Assembly (NCBI GenBank): GCA_032128115.1
Contig: JAQBHB010000092.1
Location: 1-27,441, forward strand
DNA: 27,441 bases
Direction of reading: 5' to 3'
Source: Deltaproteobacteria bacterium
GTDB taxonomy: Bacteria; Myxococcota_A; UBA9160; SMWR01
Position numbers and translations under genes: made by a program. Position 1 is the first letter of the stretch. Each line of letters begins with the position of its first letter. This document shows, piece by piece, positions 1 to 6,646 of this stretch. The notes under the pieces were generated by a model. The model searched no databases and was not told the DNA's origin. It worked only from the letters and a program-made list of their open reading frames with translations.

Positions 1-1
1 G

Positions 2-268
2 CGGGTCCGCTATGCCAAGGAACGCGACATCATCCTGGAGAACCTGAAGAACGTCTTCGTCGAGCATGATCTGGCGGGCCAGAGTGCCAAAGAGAAGAAG
101 CGGCGCCTCGAACTGCTGAAGCAGCACTTCCAGACCCACGCCTGGAGTCAGATCGAGACGCTCGACATCGCCTTCCTCGCGGATGGATTGAAGTCGTTGC
201 GAGAGGAACTGCGTGGCGAGGCGCAACCCGAGCAGCCCGGGACCGCCGCGGGCGACGAGGCGATGTGA
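2..268 (+). CDS. 5'-truncated phage protein, C-terminal 88 aa (RVRYAKERDIILENLK...GDEAM), function unknown
   Basis: Read by eye: frame 2 is open from the window edge to TGA 266-268 with GC3-rich codons. The stop overlaps the next ATG (TGATG). Not in the ORF track. Confidence 0.7.
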   Translation, partial: RVRYAKERDIILENLKNVFVEHDLAGQSAKEKKRRLELLKQHFQTHAWSQIETLDIAFLADGLKSLREELRGEAQPEQPGTAAGDEAM

Positions 269-369
269 TGGATCTGGAACATGAAGAACGACTGATCGCA
301 GAAGTGGGGAGGCTCGCGAAACGCAAGAAGGGCTTCGTGCGTATCATCGTGGAGTGGGAGATCAAATGA
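268..369 (+). CDS. 33-aa small protein MDLEHEERLIAEVGRLAKRKKGFVRIIVEWEIK
   Basis: ATG overlaps the upstream stop, with GAGG just upstream. Its TGA (367-369) overlaps the methyltransferase ATG at 366 and abuts the ATG at 370. Confidence 0.55.
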   Translation: MDLEHEERLIAEVGRLAKRKKGFVRIIVEWEIK

Positions 370-1319
370 ATGGGCTGGCTCTTTGCTCCAGGTCAGGAGG
401 TCTCGAACTCGGTCTCTCCCTTGCCTGCCGAGACTACTACTGCGTGGGTCACGTCGAACTCGACGCTTTCGCCGCGGCCGCTCTCGTGGCGAGGATGGAA
501 GACCAGACCCTGGGTCCAGCGCCTGTCTGGGACGATCTCGCGACCTTCGAGGGCGAACGCTGGCGTGGTGTTGTGGATCTCGTTTCTTCGGGCTTCCCTT
601 GCCAGCCTTTCAGTCAAGCGGGGAGTCGCCTCGGCACCGAAGACGAGCGCTGGTTGTGGCCTCACCTCGAGCGCATCCTTGGCGAAGTACGACCCGACCT
701 CGTGTTCCTGGAGAACGTCCCAGGCGTCACTGTTCACGGAGGCGATGCCGTCCTCGCTTCCCTTGCCATACTCGGGTTCGATGCGGAGTGGGACTGTTTT
801 CGAGCGAGCGACGTGGGCGCACCGCATCGACGGACCCGCTGGTTCTGCCTCGCGTGGCGATCCGGAGGAGCTGGACGGGGGCTCGACCGACTTCGCGAGG
901 GACTCGTGGCCGACGCCGACCGCGGGAGACGCGAGGGCATCGGGGAGCCGCAACACCGAGCACTCGAAGGCGCACAAGGGCGTGAGCCTGTCGGATCGGG
1001 TGGCCACGGGGGACTCCACGGGAAGAAGCTGGCCGACCCCCGGAGCCCACGACTTCAAGGGCTCCTCGAAACCGGGCCAGCGCCGGGGACAACTGGACGA
1101 AGCGGTCTCCCACTATTTCCACCCAGACCCCAGGATTTCCGGTGGCGAGAACTCCTTGAGCGACACCCCGACCTCGATCCGTCACTTGAACCCGAGGTTC
1201 GTGGAGTGGTTGATGGGGCTGCCTCCCGGGTGGACCGCCTGCGAACCCTTGGCAACGGATGTGTACCGCTCGTGGCGGCGCACGCATTCCGAACACTTGC
1301 GCGGAGGGCCTTGTCTTGA
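366..1319 (+). CDS. C5 cytosine DNA methyltransferase, catalytic (alpha-type) polypeptide
   Basis: Motif I-like LCSRSGGLELG, IV SGFPCQPFSQAG, VI FLENVPG, VIII DVGAPHRRTRWF, X LRTLGNGCVP. Motif IX is not seen in this frame. ATG 366 has GGAG at 357-360. Confidence 0.92.
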   Translation: MNGLALCSRSGGLELGLSLACRDYYCVGHVELDAFAAAALVARMEDQTLGPAPVWDDLATFEGERWRGVVDLVSSGFPCQPFSQAGSRLGTEDERWLWPHLERILGEVRPDLVFLENVPGVTVHGGDAVLASLAILGFDAEWDCFRASDVGAPHRRTRWFCLAWRSGGAGRGLDRLREGLVADADRGRREGIGEPQHRALEGAQGREPVGSGGHGGLHGKKLADPRSPRLQGLLETGPAPGTTGRSGLPLFPPRPQDFRWRELLERHPDLDPSLEPEVRGVVDGAASRVDRLRTLGNGCVPLVAAHAFRTLARRALS

Positions 1320-1323
1320 GTGA
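370..1323 (+). CDS. Overlapping +1-frame ORF, probable beta-type subunit of the methyltransferase (motif IX plus WPTP repeats)
   Basis: 317 open codons nested over the MTase gene. Contains RHLNPRFVEWLMGLPPGWT, resembling C5-MTase motif IX. The true start could be internal. Confidence 0.7.
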   Translation: MGWLFAPGQEVSNSVSPLPAETTTAWVTSNSTLSPRPLSWRGWKTRPWVQRLSGTISRPSRANAGVVLWISFLRASLASLSVKRGVASAPKTSAGCGLTSSASLAKYDPTSCSWRTSQASLFTEAMPSSLPLPYSGSMRSGTVFERATWAHRIDGPAGSASRGDPEELDGGSTDFARDSWPTPTAGDARASGSRNTEHSKAHKGVSLSDRVATGDSTGRSWPTPGAHDFKGSSKPGQRRGQLDEAVSHYFHPDPRISGGENSLSDTPTSIRHLNPRFVEWLMGLPPGWTACEPLATDVYRSWRRTHSEHLRGGPCLE

Positions 1324-1612
1324 AATCAAACACCAACTGGCTTCTCAGTCTGGACACCTTCTGATCGGCGCCGCCGTCATGGCCCCGCTGGCCTATGGGG
1401 TCTTTGCCGTGAACCCCTATGCCCTGATCTGCGGAACGGGGCTGGCGGTGGCAGGCGTCTGGTTGATCGTCGAACGCGAGGTCCGACAGTTCCCCTCGTA
1501 CCGCACCTCCACGGGATGGTGGGCCAAGGTGGGCGGCTGGGATCCCTGGCTCGATGCCAGCTTCTGGTTGCTGGGGATGGCCATGCCGTGGGTCGTGCTG
1601 GCCCTGATCTGA
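1316..1612 (+). CDS. Small membrane protein (~98 aa, about 3 hydrophobic segments)
   Basis: TTG at 1316 overlaps the MTase stop, with GGAGG at 1303-1307. Hydrophobic runs LLIGAAVMAPLAYGVFAV, ALICGTGLAVAGVWLIV, FWLLGMAMPWVVLALI. Confidence 0.7.
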   Translation: MSEIKHQLASQSGHLLIGAAVMAPLAYGVFAVNPYALICGTGLAVAGVWLIVEREVRQFPSYRTSTGWWAKVGGWDPWLDASFWLLGMAMPWVVLALI

Positions 1613-1619
1613 ACGCCGG

Positions 1620-1892
1620 CTACTCGCGACCCATCGTCGCATCGTTCTGGCTGTCCACATAATCACAGTCCCGGAGGCGCTCCTCGAGCGCCGGGTACTG
1701 CGTGCAGAGATCCGGCGAGTCGGTGACCGGCCGCCAGCCCACGCCGACCTCGGCGCAGGGTCTCACGAAGCGCTGGTACTCGTCGTGGTGCGCCGCCCGC
1801 CACGGCGGCATGTCCACGATGTCAACGCTTGGGCCGCTTCCGTGAGCGCAACCCACCAGCAGTATCCCGACCGCGTTGTACCACTTTTTCAC
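1620..1892 (-). CDS. Outer-membrane lipoprotein, probable o-spanin (Rz1-like)
   Basis: Signal peptide MKKWYNAVGILLVG-C with lipobox LVGC, extra cysteines, last gene of the lysis cassette, overlaps the upstream membrane-anchored ORF. Confidence 0.72.
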   Translation of the reverse strand: MKKWYNAVGILLVGCAHGSGPSVDIVDMPPWRAAHHDEYQRFVRPCAEVGVGWRPVTDSPDLCTQYPALEERLRDCDYVDSQNDATMGRE

Positions 1893-2049
1893 GTCGCTTC
1901 CTCTCTTTCTCCCGCTGCTCTCGCCATTGCTTCCACAGCTTCGATTGACCCGCGCGCTGGATCATCTGGAAGAAGCCGTAGACGGCTCCTACCGCCAGCA
2001 AGGCGAGCGCGAGTTTGAGAACCAGGGGTAGCGCTTCTAGGGCACCCAT
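1822..2049 (-). CDS. Probable i-spanin (Rz-like)
   Basis: N-terminal transmembrane helix followed by a charged helical tail; GGAGG RBS; 71-nt out-of-frame overlap with the lipoprotein gene. Confidence 0.68.
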   Translation of the reverse strand: MGALEALPLVLKLALALLAVGAVYGFFQMIQRAGQSKLWKQWREQREKERKRREKVVQRGRDTAGGLRSRKRPKR

Positions 2050-2072
2050 CGTTCAATCCCTCCGAAATCATT

Positions 2073-2102
2073 GGGCTTTTCGGGAGGCCCCCTTTTGTTT
2101 TT
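2073..2102 (+). terminator. Candidate intrinsic terminator on the plus strand
   Basis: GGGCTTT-TCGG-GAGGCCC stem (two G:U pairs) followed by CCTTTTGTTTTT. Confidence 0.5.
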
Positions 2103-2153
2103 GGGGCGCGACCCGTTTTTGGACCCAGATTTGGGACTGGAACCCACCGGATT

Positions 2154-2303
2154 TCAGCCCCTGTTGGGAATCAGGAGCACCGCGACGGCCGTGAGTCCGG
2201 GCAGCACATTCTCCAGCGGCAACCCGAAGTAGTTCGACAGGAAGGTTCCCAGCGCACCCACCAACGCGATCCAGAACTTGTTGTAGCCTGCGAGCTTGCC
2301 CAT
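2154..2303 (-). CDS. 49-aa two-TM holin-like protein MGKLAGYNKFWIALVGALGTFLSNYFGLPLENVLPGLTAVAVLLIPNRG
   Basis: Below the ORF-track cutoff. AGGAGG RBS, two hydrophobic segments ending in IPN, directly downstream of the endolysin. Confidence 0.75.
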   Translation of the reverse strand: MGKLAGYNKFWIALVGALGTFLSNYFGLPLENVLPGLTAVAVLLIPNRG

Positions 2304-2326
2304 CCGATCCTCCTAGTCCGTGATCC

Positions 2327-2755
2327 TCACGGCAGGTTCTCGATCCCCACGGCCTGCAAGGCCGGGATCACATCCAGACCCGGACACTCGGTGGTGTCCG
2401 CCAGGTCCCGGTGCCCACAGACTGGAAGGTCGGGGAACACCACGCGCACGGACTGGATCAGCCCCACCAGGGTATCCCATTGGGCATCGCACCACCCCAT
2501 GCCGCTGACCGTGTTGTCTCCGGTCACGCAGATCCCTAGCGAGTGCGCGTTGTGTCCCTTGACGTGCGCACCCGACACGATCACGGGTCGCCCCGTATGC
2601 AGGCTTCCATCGCCTTCGATCACCCAGTGGTATCCGATGTCGCTGTAAGGGCCGCCCTGCTTGTTGGGATCCATGTGCCAACCACGAATGGTCTCGGTGC
2701 TCACCTCTCGAGGGCTCGCCGAGTGATGGATCACGAGCCGGTCGATCTCCCTCAC
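2327..2755 (-). CDS. Endolysin, N-acetylmuramoyl-L-alanine amidase (Amidase_2, T7 lysozyme-like)
   Basis: Motifs VIHHSA, DIGYHWVI, GAHVKGHNAHSLGIC, GHRDL..TECPG. Confidence 0.95.
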   Translation of the reverse strand: MREIDRLVIHHSASPREVSTETIRGWHMDPNKQGGPYSDIGYHWVIEGDGSLHTGRPVIVSGAHVKGHNAHSLGICVTGDNTVSGMGWCDAQWDTLVGLIQSVRVVFPDLPVCGHRDLADTTECPGLDVIPALQAVGIENLP

Positions 2756-2991
2756 TCGCCGGTACTCCTCGCGAGCATCGGAGATACCTCGTCGTAGACC
2801 TCTCGATCACTACGCCCATCGAGGATGCGCGCGTCGATCAGCTTGTTGGCCATCTGCACGGTGGCTGCGCTGCAGACCGCGAGTTGCTCGGCCAGGGCAT
2901 CCTTCTCGATGTACTGGGAGCCGGCGAGGCCCAGCGAGGCCAGCACCGCAGCGATGCCCGATCCCATCGTGGTCTTATCGACTCGGGCCAT
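2752..2991 (-). CDS. 79-aa single-TM protein in lysis cassette
   Basis: Hydrophobic GIAAVLASLGLAG; stop overlaps the amidase start (GTGA). Confidence 0.6.
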   Translation of the reverse strand: MARVDKTTMGSGIAAVLASLGLAGSQYIEKDALAEQLAVCSAATVQMANKLIDARILDGRSDREVYDEVSPMLARSTGE

Positions 2992-3265
2992 TGCTCGCGA
3001 TCTTGCGCAGGATCTTGTTGGTCTCTTCGTTGGTGGACTTCAGTTGTCCGAATGCAAGGGAGTTTTCTCGTATGACCTCGGTGGAGGTGGCGAGTGCCGA
3101 GACCACCAGTTCTCCATGCGCTTGACACTTCGCGTCGATCACCTTCAGCGTTTCCATCCACTGATCGAGCGCGACCTTCGCGAAGCGCAGCATCAGGAAC
3201 AGCGCAGCAATCGTGCCGCCCGCCATGCCGAAATCGCGCAACCAACCCAACTCCATATGGTCCAT
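2975..3265 (-). CDS. 96-aa holin-like protein (N-terminal TM plus helical tail)
   Basis: FGMAGGTIAALFLMLRFA TM segment; first gene after the ejection proteins and ahead of the endolysin. Confidence 0.6.
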   Translation of the reverse strand: MDHMELGWLRDFGMAGGTIAALFLMLRFAKVALDQWMETLKVIDAKCQAHGELVVSALATSTEVIRENSLAFGQLKSTNEETNKILRKIASNGPSR

Positions 3266-6200
3266 CTAGGGAGCACCCTGCGTCTGCGTGGTGGGATCCG
3301 TCTCGGCTTGTCGGGCTCGCTCGCCCTGGAGGCGACCCAGTTCCGCGGGACGAATCGGCATCAGGAGGTCGTTCCAACTGTCGGGCTCCGTCAACACCAA
3401 CCCCCCCAGCCCCGCCAGGATGGCCGTGGTCTCCGGCGAGGGGGACGGCAAGGCGCGCTTGCGCATGACCTTCGCGAATAGCGGGGGATCGAGCAGCAGC
3501 TTCGCCAGCGCCTGGTCTGCCGACTTGCCTCGGATCACGATGCCCGCCGTCAGCAAGCGGCCCGGGGTCGTGAAGATGCCGAGGATACCGCGGATGATGT
3601 GCCGGATCGGAGAGGCATTGGTCTCGAGCGAGCGCTTGAGTGCGGGCTTGGCCGACATCTGGGTCAGCATGTGGCTCACCGTCCGCACGTTCTGGACGTA
3701 CTCGTCGCCGAACAGCACACGCATCTGGTTCTCGTGCTGCCCCAGGAATCCTTCCAGGTTCTTGAAGTTGAATCGAGAAGGCGTCTCGGCCAGGACGTTG
3801 TTCCCGGTTCCCTTCACCGTGAGGGTGCGCATCAGGTCCTCGTGCGCCACCTCGCGAAGTCCCTTGACCAGACCCAGCGAGCCGTCCGGATCGAAGCGGT
3901 TCGACCAGCGCAGCAACTGCCGCAACTCACCTTCGGTGCCTGCCGTCCGCTTGAAGTTCCACACCTTCTCGAACACATCCATCGGATCCTTCGCGGCTCC
4001 CATCTTGCCCGCAAAGGTATCCTTGTACAGCTCCATGAACTTCGCGTAGCGGGCCTCGGCCTGGTCCACCACCTTTCCCACCCCCCCGAGCTTGCGGATC
4101 TCTTCCATCTCCTCGGGATTGAAGAAGTTCTTCATCTGGTCGTCGTGCTTCAGCAGGTAGTCGCGATGCGCCTTGGGATTGATGAGGCGCGTGGCATCGT
4201 CCACGACCTTGCTGCGGTAGTCGGACTTGATGGCGCGGCGCATTCCCATCCAGCCCACTTGTCGCAAGGAGTGCTCCTCGGGACTCAGCGCGCCGGGCTT
4301 GAAGCTGCGCCCGTTCAACAGCAGCGCCAGGTCTTCGACCGGGCCAACCTCCTCGGAGTTCCAGACCTTGTTGAAGACCTTGGTGTTGATGACCGCATCC
4401 CGGCCTCCCGATCGGGTCACGAGGTCTCCGAGCAGGCTGCGGTCGAGGGCGTTCTTGGTCTGGTAGACGAAGGCATCCACGGCGTCGATCTTGGCGAGCA
4501 ACACGGGGTTCTTGCTGGCGGCGAGCGCACGGTCCTTCTTCAAGCTCCCGATGATCCGCTCGAGCGTGGCGGTATCCACGTTGCCCGTGACGTTCGCATC
4601 CACCTTGCGCAGTTGGCGGCTCAGGACCGAGAGCGCGCCGTTGACCTGCTCGATGGTGGCCGTCTGGGACTCGAACGCGCCAATGGTGATCGGCACACCT
4701 CCAAGGTGGGAGACGGGTTCGACCTTTGCCCTCTGGAATACGGCTTGCAGGAGTTTCTGTTCCGGCTCGCTCATGGTGGGCAGCAGGGCGCGCCCGACCT
4801 CATCGAGCATCCCCTTTGCCTGCGACTCGAAGTGGACCAGGGGGATGTGCTGGGCATCCATCCCCATCAGGGGCTCACGCCACATCCGATTCAACTCCCG
4901 GTACTGGACCGCGATGGCTTCGTTGGCATACCCCATCTCGGGACTGATCGCGTCGTCCTTCAGCGAAGCCCCCAGCCGATCGTAGTCTCCGAGGCGCAGG
5001 CTCTCCGACTCCGGAGTCACCTGCTCGATCTCGCCGCTGGCCTTGGCCTTGGCGCGCTCGACCGCGGACTCGCGCGCCGCGAAGCGCTTCTTGCGGTCCA
5101 TGCGGAACTTGTCACGCAGGCTCTTGCCGATGGTGAACGCATCGTGGGCCGCCTCGTCGGGATTGATTCCCGCATCGGTCGCGGTCTTCCGGAGGATCAG
5201 TTCGAGCGCCTCGTTCTGTTCCTTGTAGGTGTCGCCGAGCGCCCGCGAAACCACCCCCGTCTGGCGGGACAGCTTCTGCTCGACCACGGTGAGTTCTTCG
5301 AGAGCCGAGGAGCCCCCGACCGAAAGCTGACCGACCGTGAGCGGGGGCACCTTGCCTCCCGCGGCCTCACCGAGCTGGGCCTGGAGTTGCCCCGCGCGGG
5401 CCACGCGCTGATCCAGCTCATCCATCAGAACCTTGCGTTCCGCGGTCGTGCTTCCCCCGACCGGACCCAACTGTCCCTGTCCGATCGTATCGAGTCGGCG
5501 AACCGATCGGGAGGACAGGCGCTGCCAGGCGGAGACGGCGGGGATCACGAGCAGTTGGGCCACACCCGCAGGCACGCCCGCCGTCCGGGCGGCACGGAAC
5601 ATCAGGGTTTCCCAGCCGGGGTCTTCGCCCTTCACCTGTAGCAAGCCATCGTCTCGGGCCTGCGCCAGTCGGAAGAACTGACCCAGCGTGGCGCCCACGA
5701 ACGTACCGATCACCGTATCCGTCAGGACCGCGGACTTGGCGCCGCCCGACGCGACACCCGCAGCAATGCCCGCGCCCGCCCCGAGGACCTCTCCCACGAG
5801 GGGCCACAAGGCCCCGATCGAACCCGACAGGTCCTCGACATCCATGCCGGGCTCGTTGAAGATCGTCCAGCGGTTCGAGAGGGGTTCGAGGTACTCGGGC
5901 TCGCCGTGGTCTCCGCGGCGCACCAACACCGGCTGCCCCAGCTTGGCTTCCAGGGCCAGTCGGATCAGGGGCAGCGTGTTCTCGCCCGGCACATTGCTCA
6001 GCGCGTAGCGGGCCTGCGCGCGGGCTACCAGCGCATTCAGTTTGGGGTCGTCGAGTTCTGGAGAGAGCCCCCCCTGGCCGCCCTCCGTGCCTCCCGGCTG
6101 CTGCGGTCGGAGCTGGGTCTGCGACTCCTCGGGCTTGCCCTCGTTGGACTGCGCGATGCGACCCTTGCGCTCCTCCCCCGTCACGCCTTCCTGCAAGGCG

Positions 6201-6643
6201 GCTCCGACCTCCTGCGCATAGCGCACGGCAGCGGTGAGCGCGTCGATCCCAGGAATGGAGTTCGTGAGCGCATCCAGACCGCTCTCGCCACTCTCGCCCA
6301 CCGTCCGGGGATCGTCGTTATCGAACAACGTCGTCTTCGCCTTCATCGCGTTCACCAGGGACTGCCGGATCGCGATGGCTCGATTGGCTTCGTACTTCCC
6401 AAACTCCCGGAACGTCTCGATGTCGATGTTCTCCTCGCCCACGGATTCCGGGTTGCGGGGATCCAGCGGCGCATCGAAGCGCGTGGCCGGCGGGGCCGCG
6501 GAAGCAGCGGCGGTCTCCTTCAGGACCTCGGTCGGCGTGGGCTCGGCGACTGCAGGCGTGGCCGGCTCGGGATTCTCCATCGCAAAGATGCGACGGAAGA
6601 AGTCCTCGTTGATCTGCTGCTGCTCGGTGAGTTCCTTGGCCAT
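3266..6643 (-). CDS. Large internal virion / DNA ejection protein (positional equivalent of P22 gp16)
   Basis: 1125 aa, helical-looking, with Gly/Ala-rich hydrophobic segments (GAGAGIAAGVASGG) and no cysteines seen; third of three such genes after the tail genes. Confidence 0.72.
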   Translation of the reverse strand: MAKELTEQQQINEDFFRRIFAMENPEPATPAVAEPTPTEVLKETAAASAAPPATRFDAPLDPRNPESVGEENIDIETFREFGKYEANRAIAIRQSLVNAMKAKTTLFDNDDPRTVGESGESGLDALTNSIPGIDALTAAVRYAQEVGAALQEGVTGEERKGRIAQSNEGKPEESQTQLRPQQPGGTEGGQGGLSPELDDPKLNALVARAQARYALSNVPGENTLPLIRLALEAKLGQPVLVRRGDHGEPEYLEPLSNRWTIFNEPGMDVEDLSGSIGALWPLVGEVLGAGAGIAAGVASGGAKSAVLTDTVIGTFVGATLGQFFRLAQARDDGLLQVKGEDPGWETLMFRAARTAGVPAGVAQLLVIPAVSAWQRLSSRSVRRLDTIGQGQLGPVGGSTTAERKVLMDELDQRVARAGQLQAQLGEAAGGKVPPLTVGQLSVGGSSALEELTVVEQKLSRQTGVVSRALGDTYKEQNEALELILRKTATDAGINPDEAAHDAFTIGKSLRDKFRMDRKKRFAARESAVERAKAKASGEIEQVTPESESLRLGDYDRLGASLKDDAISPEMGYANEAIAVQYRELNRMWREPLMGMDAQHIPLVHFESQAKGMLDEVGRALLPTMSEPEQKLLQAVFQRAKVEPVSHLGGVPITIGAFESQTATIEQVNGALSVLSRQLRKVDANVTGNVDTATLERIIGSLKKDRALAASKNPVLLAKIDAVDAFVYQTKNALDRSLLGDLVTRSGGRDAVINTKVFNKVWNSEEVGPVEDLALLLNGRSFKPGALSPEEHSLRQVGWMGMRRAIKSDYRSKVVDDATRLINPKAHRDYLLKHDDQMKNFFNPEEMEEIRKLGGVGKVVDQAEARYAKFMELYKDTFAGKMGAAKDPMDVFEKVWNFKRTAGTEGELRQLLRWSNRFDPDGSLGLVKGLREVAHEDLMRTLTVKGTGNNVLAETPSRFNFKNLEGFLGQHENQMRVLFGDEYVQNVRTVSHMLTQMSAKPALKRSLETNASPIRHIIRGILGIFTTPGRLLTAGIVIRGKSADQALAKLLLDPPLFAKVMRKRALPSPSPETTAILAGLGGLVLTEPDSWNDLLMPIRPAELGRLQGERARQAETDPTTQTQGAP

Positions 6644-6646
6644 GGT

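Noticed and set aside
30..365. Minus-strand 111-aa ORF
   Set aside because: Ser/Arg-rich shadow of two better plus-strand ORFs.
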